A stretch of DNA of 30,357 nucleotides from a virus (taxonomy: Duplodnaviria > Caudoviricetes). A program made the translations under genes and the position numbers. The DNA lies in the IMG/VR virus record IMGVR_UViG_3300030095_003216, positions 1 through 30,357 of that record, one strand, 5' to 3'. The notes below the pieces were generated by a model. It ran no database searches, had not been told where the DNA came from, and saw nothing but the letters and a program-made list of their open reading frames with translations. Below, in pieces: positions 1-7,995 of the stretch (position 1 is its first letter; every line of letters starts with the position of its first letter).

Positions 1-40
1 AGTGGTAAATTGCATGAAATAATAATGGAGGAGAAAACCA

Positions 41-124
41 ATGAATAACCCATACTTACCAATTATAGAAATAACTGTGTGTGTAGTGTTATCACTACTT
101 ATTTACTTAATAGTTATGGCATAA
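41..124 (+). CDS. small single-pass membrane peptide, 27 aa (MNNPYLPIIEITVCVVLSLLIYLIVMA)
   Basis: Translated by hand (below the ORF-track cutoff). Strong SD GGAGGAG at 27-33, ATG 41, TAA 122-124, and a hydrophobic stretch of about 19 aa. Confidence 0.65.
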   Translation: MNNPYLPIIEITVCVVLSLLIYLIVMA

Positions 125-128
125 CAAT

Positions 129-156
129 TTGACAATAAAAGATGTAGAGGTATACT
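129..156 (+). promoter_or_regulatory. sigma70-like early promoter
   Basis: TTGACA (129-134), 16-nt spacer, TATACT (151-156), upstream of SD GAGGAG and ATG 181. Confidence 0.7.
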
Positions 157-180
157 ATTATTATTGCGAGGAGATTTACT

Positions 181-495
181 ATGACAATTTATTATTACGA
201 TTTAACCGCCAAAAACTTTGGCAAACTATTACGAGAAGATTTACAATCCAACTACGAACTTGGGCACATGAACCCGAGTACTACTATTGAACTAAAAAAA
301 GCTCACCATCTTGTATGGCTTATGAGGCGTATGGTAGACATAGACAAACCAGGCTATGCACTTCTGCCAGACACTTTCAAAAAACTATATGTGCATCAGA
401 TACTTCAAGAAGAAAAACCAGAGTTTTTTTCTGATGAGTATGATAACCTAGAACTTGACCATGATGATGACATGTGGAGAGAGTTAGAAGAATGA
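181..495 (+). CDS. hypothetical early protein with acidic C-terminus
   Basis: ORF track, SD GAGGAG, and stop overlapping the next ATG (ATGA at 492-495). Confidence 0.8.
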   Translation: MTIYYYDLTAKNFGKLLREDLQSNYELGHMNPSTTIELKKAHHLVWLMRRMVDIDKPGYALLPDTFKKLYVHQILQEEKPEFFSDEYDNLELDHDDDMWRELEE

Positions 496-986
496 ACATA
501 TTTATACTACATAAAGACCAATTACAGTGTGCTGAGTACCATTGTGATAAACATGTGGTAAAAATGTTGTTAGAGACATGCCAAATGTTATCTACTGTGT
601 GTCATGAGCACGGTATGACTACAACCTACAAACCAGTGCACAAAAAACATCCGTGTACAAAATGGGCAGGTAGGTCTTTGTCTAACTGGAAATGGTTACT
701 TCAACTAGGGTTTTGTTTACATAGTGAGTATGTGTGGCGGTACGAGCCTCAGATAGAACACAAATGTTACAAAATATTACAAGAGTTAGAAGAAGAACCA
801 CCAAATTTAATTGACTTCGGGTTAACAGAATTTGCCCAAGCCATGCCAGACCAATACAAAAATAAAGATGTGGTAAAAGCCTATCGTGATTATTACATGC
901 ACGAGAAAGCAAAGTTTGCTACGTGGAAACACCCATCAAAAAAACCATCATGGTTTAAGGAGGTTAAACATGTCGAAAAAGATTAA
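492..986 (+). CDS. pyrimidine-dimer DNA glycosylase / endonuclease V-like protein
   Basis: N-terminus MNIFIL..D...CAEYHCDKHVVKMLLETCQMLST, YKPVHKKHPCTKW and FAQAMPDQYK...AYRDYY..EK..FATW are typical of phage Pyr_excise/DenV-like proteins. Start moved to ATG 492 because of the ATGA overlap. Confidence 0.85.
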   Translation: MNIFILHKDQLQCAEYHCDKHVVKMLLETCQMLSTVCHEHGMTTTYKPVHKKHPCTKWAGRSLSNWKWLLQLGFCLHSEYVWRYEPQIEHKCYKILQELEEEPPNLIDFGLTEFAQAMPDQYKNKDVVKAYRDYYMHEKAKFATWKHPSKKPSWFKEVKHVEKD

Positions 987-1131
987 TGGTATGTCGTCAC
1001 GGTTTTGGAAGATAATAAACTATCCACCCCGACATAACGTAGAGAGCTTAGTAGAGTTATCTGACAAAAGAAAGAGAAGTAGTAGTTTCTTTCAGCGTAT
1101 GAGAGATTCATATAAAAAAATAAAAAAATGA
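970..1131 (+). CDS. small basic hypothetical protein (53 aa)
   Basis: SD AAGGAGGT just before ATG 970, in frame with ORF-track 886..1131. Confidence 0.65.
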   Translation: MSKKINGMSSRFWKIINYPPRHNVESLVELSDKRKRSSSFFQRMRDSYKKIKK

Positions 1132-1140
1132 GGTGTTACA

Positions 1141-1212
1141 GTGGAGACAGAGTTTATAGCTTTGTGTGTGTGTACAGTCTTAGCTGTATACCTCACAATG
1201 TATTACGATTAA
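1141..1212 (+). CDS. small single-pass membrane peptide, 23 aa (METEFIALCVCTVLAVYLTMYYD)
   Basis: Translated by hand. SD GAGGTG 1130-1135, GTG start 1141, TAA 1210-1212, hydrophobic core. Confidence 0.55.
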   Translation: METEFIALCVCTVLAVYLTMYYD

Positions 1213-1220
1213 AGTTCTAT

Positions 1221-1248
1221 TTGACAGATTTATATAATAGATTATACT
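1221..1248 (+). promoter_or_regulatory. sigma70-like promoter
   Basis: TTGACA (1221-1226), 16-nt spacer, TATACT (1243-1248), then SD GGGAGGT and ATG 1268. Same layout as the promoter at 129. Confidence 0.7.
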
Positions 1249-1267
1249 ATAATAATAGGGAGGTAAT

Positions 1268-1480
1268 ATGTCAGACGAAGCAACAACAGTATGGATAGAA
1301 AGTGTAATAGAAGTACTTGAAGACATGTGTACGGATATCAAAGTTTTCCGTGCTGCTCTTGAAGGCTACGACAAATATACTTTAGTAGACAAGTTCGGTG
1401 GATACCCGCCACACTATGTCGCTGAAGTACTACTAGAATCTTTACATGAGAAACATGTACAGAAGGAATTAGACAGTTAG
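1268..1480 (+). CDS. hypothetical protein
   Basis: ORF track, with strong SD GGGAGGT. Confidence 0.8.
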   Translation: MSDEATTVWIESVIEVLEDMCTDIKVFRAALEGYDKYTLVDKFGGYPPHYVAEVLLESLHEKHVQKELDS

Positions 1481-1494
1481 GGTACAATACCCGA
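1478..1494. repeat. 17-bp palindromic motif copy (TAGGGTACAATACCCGA)
   Basis: 2 mismatches to TCGGGTACNGTACCCGA. Overlaps the TAG stop at 1478-1480 and runs into SD GAGGAGG. Confidence 0.8.
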
Positions 1495-1504
1495 GGAGGT
1501 TATT

Positions 1505-1780
1505 ATGCTGTTAGAAGATATTAAGATTAAGTACAAACCAGATGAGATGTGGGTTGAGTTACACCAAGAAACACATAAAGTAAAAGTGTTTGCGGATACT
1601 GCCACAGAAGGCGAAGAGTTATTGTACACACATGACTTTGGTACTATGAAGGTGGCTAAGGCTATAGCCAGAAGTATAGGTGTACCTGTGGTTAAGTTTA
1701 TTAGAACACAGGTTACATATTACAATGTAGATGGTAGCAAACGAGGCTACGGTAAGGAGAAACACATTGGGGTATTATAA
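1505..1780 (+). CDS. hypothetical protein
   Basis: ORF track, with SD GAGGAGGT. Confidence 0.8.
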   Translation: MLLEDIKIKYKPDEMWVELHQETHKVKVFADTATEGEELLYTHDFGTMKVAKAIARSIGVPVVKFIRTQVTYYNVDGSKRGYGKEKHIGVL

Positions 1781-1985
1781 AGAGAAACAAGTTAATTATG
1801 AAGAGACTGCTAGGCTACGAGCTGAGGCAGAGAAAGAGAAACAAGAGAGTATTACTATACTTGCTTGTACTAACACCGCTGTAGACATACTGTCACATGG
1901 CTTGAACATTGCGGATGTAGAAAACTTAACAGAAAGGTTACTTATGCATAGAGATAAGTTATTGTATGGTGACCAAAATGACTAG
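1767..1985 (+). CDS. hypothetical protein
   Basis: ORF-track frame 1731..1985. TTG 1767 preceded by AAGGAG is the likelier start. Confidence 0.6.
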   Translation: MGYYKEKQVNYEETARLRAEAEKEKQESITILACTNTAVDILSHGLNIADVENLTERLLMHRDKLLYGDQND

Positions 1986-2059
1986 ATTAATACCAGCCAA
2001 ATACAAAAGTTATATAAGCCCGTGGCAAATAAGAGAATGGGTAGGGAGTAAAAGGATAC

Positions 2060-3106
2060 ATGGAAAACTCGGTATTGAATCTAATGGCATTTCTACTAAA
2101 GAAAGACAGAAGAGTAGCATTAAAACACCAACTAAAAAAGGTAAAGCTAGACGTACCGTTTGATGATTTACTTGAAGAGTTATTTCTGTGTGACACTGAC
2201 TTAACTAAGAATGATTTTATCAATGTAGTTAAAGACAAGTTAAACTCTACACAGTTTAATTTTGTACGAGGAATGCCCGAGTCTGTTACAAGTGCTGTTG
2301 GCTTCCGTTCACTGAAACACTTACGTAGTGTAACACAGTTGGGCGAGGTAGCTGACATACTAAAAGGCAGACTAAAACCCGAGACTAAGTTATCTAAGAT
2401 ACAACGAGCCTCTGATTCGCACAAGTTTGTATCTGTAGCTCAGTCAAAATTGATTAGTAAATTTACGTGTGACAAGTCAAGCGACATCTTTAAGTTGTTT
2501 TACTATGGTCTATGTAAAGAGGAGTTAGCAGTATTGTGTGCTTTTAGTGGTAGAGGTAAAACCACCGTGCTGCTATCTCTGTTACGGGATGCTATTCAAT
2601 TAAAACTCAAGACATTATTTGTGTCTATCCAGGATTTTTCTGAGAGTATGCTTAAAGAAAGACTGGATGGGGCAGATGAGTTCCCAGATTTTTATGCCGT
2701 GTGTTCTGCATCATTTGGAATACCAGAGCTAGAGGTTGAGGTAGATGCCTTGAGACCAGACATTGTTTTTCTAGATTATCTAAGTGTAATGAGTACACCG
2801 CAGATAAAAGAGAAACGATTTCAATTAGAGTATGTGTCTGAGAACTTGAAGAAGTTAGCACAAGAGAAGAACATACTTATAATTACTGCCCATCAATTAA
2901 ATGCTGATGTGGATTTACCAACTGAACGTGAGTTGCTTGAGGCTAAGGCAGGTCTATTAGCACACACTGATTTAGTATTAGGTATAGGCGGTGACATGTA
3001 TGACACCGTACGTAACATAACTACCATCAAATCTAGAAGAGCTGCACCTGTGGATGTGTTCAAGATAGATATTGATTTTGCTAACTTAAAAACATTTATG
3101 TATTAG
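2060..3106 (+). CDS. DnaB-like (SF4) replicative helicase
   Basis: Walker A AFSGRGKTT, Walker B IVFLDYL, the motif LKKLAQEKNILIITAHQLN, and the arginine-finger region IKSRR. Confidence 0.85.
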   Translation: MENSVLNLMAFLLKKDRRVALKHQLKKVKLDVPFDDLLEELFLCDTDLTKNDFINVVKDKLNSTQFNFVRGMPESVTSAVGFRSLKHLRSVTQLGEVADILKGRLKPETKLSKIQRASDSHKFVSVAQSKLISKFTCDKSSDIFKLFYYGLCKEELAVLCAFSGRGKTTVLLSLLRDAIQLKLKTLFVSIQDFSESMLKERLDGADEFPDFYAVCSASFGIPELEVEVDALRPDIVFLDYLSVMSTPQIKEKRFQLEYVSENLKKLAQEKNILIITAHQLNADVDLPTERELLEAKAGLLAHTDLVLGIGGDMYDTVRNITTIKSRRAAPVDVFKIDIDFANLKTFMY

Positions 3107-3120
3107 GGTATTGAACCCGA
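3104..3120. repeat. 17-bp palindromic motif copy (TAGGGTATTGAACCCGA)
   Basis: 3 mismatches to consensus. Overlaps the helicase TAG stop and runs into SD GAGGAGG. Confidence 0.75.
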
Positions 3121-3129
3121 GGAGGAACT

Positions 3130-3309
3130 ATGAAATACACTGTAACTTTAACAGATAGAAGGTACTACGAGGTTGAGATTGAAGCTGAGAATGATGACAT
3201 GGCACATAAGAGAGCTGATGAAATTGACTGGGATTTTTTAATAGCTGAAGGTGCTGATGGTGATTTATATTCTGATGGATTAGAAGTTGAGTCTGTCGAG
3301 GAGGCGTAA
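3130..3309 (+). CDS. small acidic protein, DpnD/PcfM-like (59 aa)
   Basis: Translated by hand: MKYTVTLTDRRYYEVEIEAENDDMAHKRADEIDWDF...EEA. SD GAGGAGG, TAATG overlap with the next gene. The KY.V......VEIEAE....A pattern resembles DpnD/PcfM. Confidence 0.75.
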   Translation: MKYTVTLTDRRYYEVEIEAENDDMAHKRADEIDWDFLIAEGADGDLYSDGLEVESVEEA

Positions 3310-3884
3310 TGGGAGAGCCATTAGAGTATTCAACTATTATAAATACATGCCCATTGAATCAACGTGGAACTTTAGCTAAACACATGTTAGCTTACGAAGT
3401 ATTACAAATACCTGGTTGGGACATAGCATTTCCAGATAATCCTATATCACATATAGATGCTATAGTGTTTAACCAGGATTTTGTGTACAAGTTTCAAGTC
3501 AAACATGTCCACCCTATTTGGAGACAAAGTAAACAATCTAGAAAATATACTGTACCTTTACGTAACCATGTAAAGTACAAGTATAGAAAAGACCAGACAC
3601 TTAAGGACAGAAGTAAAGCGTACAAGTACTTTAACCATGGTATAGATTGTGTGTATGCCTATGATTCTACAGCGGGGTGGATGACTAAAGGCGGTATGTT
3701 TGTGTGGAGTACAACACCACATAAAAGAGACTTGTCTGTGTATACTGTGTCAATTGACCAACCACGTAACAATTCAACCAAGCGGGTATATGTACCCGAA
3801 TTACAGAATTTTAATGCAACACAACGACAGCATGAACATAAAAGATATGCTAGAAATTTAAGACTAGGAACAGGTAATGGGTAA
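3309..3884 (+). CDS. PD-(D/E)XK endonuclease (PDDEXK_5 / homing-endonuclease-like)
   Basis: RGTLAK...IAFPDNPISHIDAIV...KFQVK catalytic pattern and downstream Y....IDCVYAYD. Confidence 0.65.
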   Translation: MGEPLEYSTIINTCPLNQRGTLAKHMLAYEVLQIPGWDIAFPDNPISHIDAIVFNQDFVYKFQVKHVHPIWRQSKQSRKYTVPLRNHVKYKYRKDQTLKDRSKAYKYFNHGIDCVYAYDSTAGWMTKGGMFVWSTTPHKRDLSVYTVSIDQPRNNSTKRVYVPELQNFNATQRQHEHKRYARNLRLGTGNG

Positions 3885-4617
3885 AGTAGTAGCAATAACA
3901 AAATGTCCATACCACGATGACAGTAGTCCGTCTTTGGCTATATATCCAGATGGCTATTATTGTTTTGGTTGTAAGAAATCAGGTAAGTTAGAGCCGTGGA
4001 TGACTGACCTTGTAACTAAGGAAGACTCACGTCCTAAATACAAAACAGAATTAAACAGGGATAAATTTAACATAGACTACAATAACAATGTAAAAAGTTT
4101 CTTTGAGGAACGTGGTATTTCAATCAAACTAGCACAGCTGTACGGCATCACGGCTAATAGTACACAATTGTGTATCCCTGCCTATGATTTTGATGGGAGT
4201 GTACATGGACATCAGATACGTAATCTTTTTTCTGGTCCTAAGTATAAGTCTATACCATACAAAGAAAAGTATGCACGGTACAGTTGGATTGATATGCAAG
4301 TTGTGTCGGACATGCCTATCAAAGGACAACCTGTTTGTATTATAGTTGAGTCTGTGGTTGATGCATTATGTGTGGCTAAGCTAGGTCTACCTGCAATGGC
4401 ATTACTAGGTACAAATATGCCTACAGAAATCATACCATTTTTTAGTGATTACAAAGTGCTTGTATTATTTGACCCTGATGCTACAGTTATCAGTTCATAT
4501 TTGCAAGACGTAATAGGTGCATACGGCATAGATACTAGGTCGGTACCATTAATAAGAAAACCTTACGAGATAGACCCCTTACACTTATACAAAGGCATAC
4601 TCGAGGCAGCAAAATGA
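3877..4617 (+). CDS. DNA primase (CHC2 zinc finger + TOPRIM)
   Basis: CPYHDDSSPS...YYCFGC zinc finger; TOPRIM motifs IVESVVDAL, ALLGT and LFDPD. Confidence 0.9.
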   Translation: MGKVVAITKCPYHDDSSPSLAIYPDGYYCFGCKKSGKLEPWMTDLVTKEDSRPKYKTELNRDKFNIDYNNNVKSFFEERGISIKLAQLYGITANSTQLCIPAYDFDGSVHGHQIRNLFSGPKYKSIPYKEKYARYSWIDMQVVSDMPIKGQPVCIIVESVVDALCVAKLGLPAMALLGTNMPTEIIPFFSDYKVLVLFDPDATVISSYLQDVIGAYGIDTRSVPLIRKPYEIDPLHLYKGILEAAK

Positions 4618-4802
4618 GAGGAGATATTATGACATACTATATAGAGAAATGTACTAAAGAAATTATGACAGGACTAGAGTTAGATAAACGCCCCGATACG
4701 GATACGTTAGCAACTAAGTTGGTTATACAAAGGATACTACACAGGAACATAGACGAACTATTCAAAGTATTATTGGAGTCACAAAAAAAGAATGAAGTAT
4801 AA
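4614..4802 (+). CDS. hypothetical protein
   Basis: ORF track; fills the primase-polymerase gap. Alternative start at ATG 4629 after GAGGAG. Confidence 0.6.
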   Translation: MRGDIMTYYIEKCTKEIMTGLELDKRPDTDTLATKLVIQRILHRNIDELFKVLLESQKKNEV

Positions 4803-6852
4803 AGTACGAAGTGGTACAAGTAAAAAGATTGTGTTAGTTATCATAGATAAACCTGCTAAGTCTTATGAAGCAAATCCTCATAAAACAAAGATAGGTGATG
4901 ACTTACTCAGTATATGCAATGTGTACTTACCTAAGTTAGAGGTACGTTGTTTGTCGGCTGTACCTGTGTGGGTAGAGAAGATAAGTATAAAACAAATACG
5001 AGAACACACTGCTTCTTTTTGGAAAGAATTAGATGAGATAAAACCTACTGTTATTATATCAATGGGTAGTGACAGCCACCGTGCTCTCGCAGAAATCTCG
5101 GTTACAGTACCCGTATTCGAATGCGGTAGTATCCATGATTACTCTGAAAAGAAAATAAGTTTTACTAACGTACATCAGACTTTTACCAGAGCTTATCACA
5201 CACTAAAAGGTACCTTGTTAAAAGTACCTATGACTACAAATCTAAGTAGGATAGTGTTGATGTCTTCAAAGTATAAAGAGTTAGCAGTAGATTTTGAATG
5301 GAACCCAGTCACAGGTATACCACATTCAGTGGGCTTAGCGGCAGGACATGTGGCTGGTGGTTTCTTGTTAGATAACCGAGTCAAGGATGTATTACAAAAA
5401 GCTTTTCAAGACAGGACTATGACTATAGTAGGACACAATATTACTGCTGATTGTAGAAAGATGATTAAGTACATAGGTAACAATATTAAATGTAAATTTA
5501 TAGACACGTTAATATTAAAACGAGAGTTAGATTACAACCATAAACAAAATGGATTAAAACATTTAGCTGACAGATACCTGTTACTAGAGCCATACTGGGA
5601 TGGTATAACAGTAGATGACTTTCATAAACCTAGTCCTAAATTACTTAAGTATACTGCGGGAGATGCCTGGGCTACATTATTGTTATGGAGTAAATTTTAT
5701 GAAGACCATACAGATAAGTGGGAGCATATGAATGTGTCCCGGGAAATAGATATGGAGATGATACTCCCTGTGTCGTACATGATAGAAGGCGGTATAAAAC
5801 TAGACTTAGATAAACTTAATAAACAACGTAAGATACTGAAAGCAAAAGAGATAGAGTTGCTGTCACACTTTGAAACCAAGTATAAATTAAATCCATCTAG
5901 CCCATTGCAAGTATTAACTGAGTTACAAAAGAAACATAAAGTTAAATCATCCGGGGTTGAGGTACTAACTAAACTCAATACAGACTTTGGTAACAGGGTG
6001 TTAGAGTATAGGAAAGTAAAGAAGCTACTTACAACGTACATAGATAAGATACCAGAGATGTCAGATGAGAATAACATTATACATTGTGACCTACATTTGG
6101 GCGGTACTGTGACAGGTAGGATGTCGAGTAGTAAACCTAACATGCAGAATATACCCCCCTCTGTACGTGAGATATTTAAGAGTGTGTTTGACGATGATGG
6201 TGTATTGATTACTGTTGATGCAAGTCAGAGTGAGTTGAGATGTCTAGCATATCTAAGTGGCAGTCCGTACTTAATTGAGTCATATAACAATGGTATAGAC
6301 ATGCATACACTTGTGTCTGACTTAGCACAGATTGATAGAAAGAATGCAAAGGTGCTAAACTTTGCTTATGTATATGGTTCATCAGAGGGTGGACTCATAG
6401 CACAGCTTATCATGTCGGGTGTACCCAAGAGAGAAGCCGGTAGTGTTGTTAAAAAGTTTATGAACACCATGGCTAAGCTTGGTATCAACAAGTACCAACG
6501 AGAGCTACTGGATAAAGCTAAAAAATTAGGGTATACTTATTCCCCATATGGTAGAGTTGGTACAAGATTGAACCCTACTCAAGTTGTTAATTTTCCTATT
6601 CAATCTTTTAGTGCCGATTTAAACAAGGAACGTATAATATATATGTTTAACAAGTTTAAAGAGAACAAACTGGTATCACGTATCTGGATGGAATTCCATG
6701 ATGCAATGGAACTGGATGTATATAAGCCAGAACTAGATACCGTAAGAGAATTATTAGATACGATAGATACTCGTATCCCTGATGTCTTGGGTAAAGGCAT
6801 AAATTTAACACTTCCGTTAGACGTGAAAGAACACGGACCTAATTGGAAATAG
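4792..6852 (+). CDS. polA: family A DNA polymerase with 3'-5' exonuclease and degenerate UDG-like N-terminal domain
   Basis: Exonuclease motifs AVDFE, GHNITAD, IDTL and YTAGDA. Polymerase motifs TGRMSSSKPNMQNIP, DASQSELR (A), RKNAKVLNFAYVYG (B, Phe at the E. coli 762-equivalent), NFPIQS and FHDA (C). Confidence 0.95.
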   Translation: MKYKVRSGTSKKIVLVIIDKPAKSYEANPHKTKIGDDLLSICNVYLPKLEVRCLSAVPVWVEKISIKQIREHTASFWKELDEIKPTVIISMGSDSHRALAEISVTVPVFECGSIHDYSEKKISFTNVHQTFTRAYHTLKGTLLKVPMTTNLSRIVLMSSKYKELAVDFEWNPVTGIPHSVGLAAGHVAGGFLLDNRVKDVLQKAFQDRTMTIVGHNITADCRKMIKYIGNNIKCKFIDTLILKRELDYNHKQNGLKHLADRYLLLEPYWDGITVDDFHKPSPKLLKYTAGDAWATLLLWSKFYEDHTDKWEHMNVSREIDMEMILPVSYMIEGGIKLDLDKLNKQRKILKAKEIELLSHFETKYKLNPSSPLQVLTELQKKHKVKSSGVEVLTKLNTDFGNRVLEYRKVKKLLTTYIDKIPEMSDENNIIHCDLHLGGTVTGRMSSSKPNMQNIPPSVREIFKSVFDDDGVLITVDASQSELRCLAYLSGSPYLIESYNNGIDMHTLVSDLAQIDRKNAKVLNFAYVYGSSEGGLIAQLIMSGVPKREAGSVVKKFMNTMAKLGINKYQRELLDKAKKLGYTYSPYGRVGTRLNPTQVVNFPIQSFSADLNKERIIYMFNKFKENKLVSRIWMEFHDAMELDVYKPELDTVRELLDTIDTRIPDVLGKGINLTLPLDVKEHGPNWK
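5098..5114. repeat. 17-bp palindromic motif copy (TCGGTTACAGTACCCGT)
   Basis: 2 mismatches to consensus, inside the polymerase gene. Confidence 0.75.
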
Positions 6853-6861
6853 GAGGTTACT

Positions 6862-7161
6862 ATGGGAGAATCGTATGGTTCACCAAGAGCATCACGTACA
6901 GGAGGTAGAACTTCTGGTGGTGCAGCAGCTTATAAAAACAATGGTAACTCAGATAAGAAATCTGATTTAGTTAACATTGGTGGTGGCTGGAAGAAAGACT
7001 GGGGTTATTCCTGTGTACTACAGATTGGCAATCGTAAGTACAAAGCATTAGCTTTCTGGAATAAATTTAGGGATGGCAATAACCCGCCTGACTTATCATT
7101 CAGTCTAAGAGCTGACGAAGTAGATGGCGAAGAATCTGAGCCCTACAAACCAAAAGGTTAA
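6862..7161 (+). CDS. putative single-stranded DNA-binding protein (DUF736-like)
   Basis: NIGGGWKK...AFWNKFRDGNNPPDL pattern, acidic tail, position between polymerase and exonuclease, SD AGGAGGT. Confidence 0.5.
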   Translation: MGESYGSPRASRTGGRTSGGAAAYKNNGNSDKKSDLVNIGGGWKKDWGYSCVLQIGNRKYKALAFWNKFRDGNNPPDLSFSLRADEVDGEESEPYKPKG

Positions 7162-7170
7162 GGAGAGAGC

Positions 7171-7995
7171 ATGGGTATTACGGTAAAAAAGATGGTGTCA
7201 GACCCTGGTGAGTTTATTAACGCACTAGAAGATAGCACTGAAATTGTATTGGATGAAGAGTTTGACGCTAGATTTGAAGAGTGGAAAGCTAGAGGTGAGG
7301 GTAAGGACCACATGGTTCGTTCCTCTAGTCTTGGTCAATGTATTAGACAGGCTTACTACTCTTACTTATCTGACGTACCTAGAAGTCCGGTTAGTGACCC
7401 ACTAGCCAGACGTAGAATGTTTCAAGGTTTTGTTAATGAGAATACTATGGGTAGGATTATTGACAAGATGCCTGGAAAAACACATGGGTTGGATAGTATT
7501 GAGCAAAATCAATTTCCAATCCATGTAGAAATGGATGCAGATAAACCAATAGGTTTTGCAGCCACAACTGATTTTGTAAAAGAGTTTGAAGATAAAGATG
7601 GTAATAAGTATTTGATTCCTATGGAACTTAAATCCACAGATATATACAAGTGGAAAGATTTTACTTATTGGAAATACCACTTAAAACAAATATTGTTATG
7701 GGTATACATAGCAAAGCAACTCGGGTACAGAATACCCTATGCTTTGTTACTATATACCAGACGTAGTACGATGGAATATAAGTATTGTATGATTGCAGTA
7801 GATACACCTTACGCAAGAATGGACAGGGTTGTAGAAAATTGGGACCATTGGCAGCCCTATATTCACGACCTCGTGAGTACATTAAGAAGCTCCTCGCAGA
7901 GTAGAACTTTACCGGCTCTACCAACCGATGTGCCTAAATACATCTGTAACTCCTGTCCCCATCGTAACATTTGTGCGGAGAATGGTACATACTAA
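7171..7995 (+). CDS. Cas4-like / PD-(D/E)XK exonuclease with probable Fe-S cysteines
   Basis: SSLGQCIRQAYY, TTD...ELKST, HLKQILLW and C-terminal ICNSCPHRNIC. Confidence 0.85.
   Translation: MGITVKKMVSDPGEFINALEDSTEIVLDEEFDARFEEWKARGEGKDHMVRSSSLGQCIRQAYYSYLSDVPRSPVSDPLARRRMFQGFVNENTMGRIIDKMPGKTHGLDSIEQNQFPIHVEMDADKPIGFAATTDFVKEFEDKDGNKYLIPMELKSTDIYKWKDFTYWKYHLKQILLWVYIAKQLGYRIPYALLLYTRRSTMEYKYCMIAVDTPYARMDRVVENWDHWQPYIHDLVSTLRSSSQSRTLPALPTDVPKYICNSCPHRNICAENGTY

Noticed and set aside
1966-2163. 65-aa basic ORF before the helicase
   Set aside because: It overlaps the helicase by about 100 nt and has no clear SD. It may be real but is not supportable.
1987-2424. Minus-strand ORFs within the left arm (also 682..912, 5697..6143, 7402..7680, 8337..8663)
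   Set aside because: They are antisense to well-supported genes, with no recognisable motifs or convincing SD.
4792-6852. DpoZ-type or modified-base polymerase
   Set aside because: No purZ, datZ or other base-modification genes in the window, and nothing in the motifs requires it.
7171-7995. Cas4-like gene as part of a CRISPR-Cas locus
   Set aside because: No repeat-spacer array or other cas genes. The 17-bp motifs are kilobases apart and mostly intragenic.
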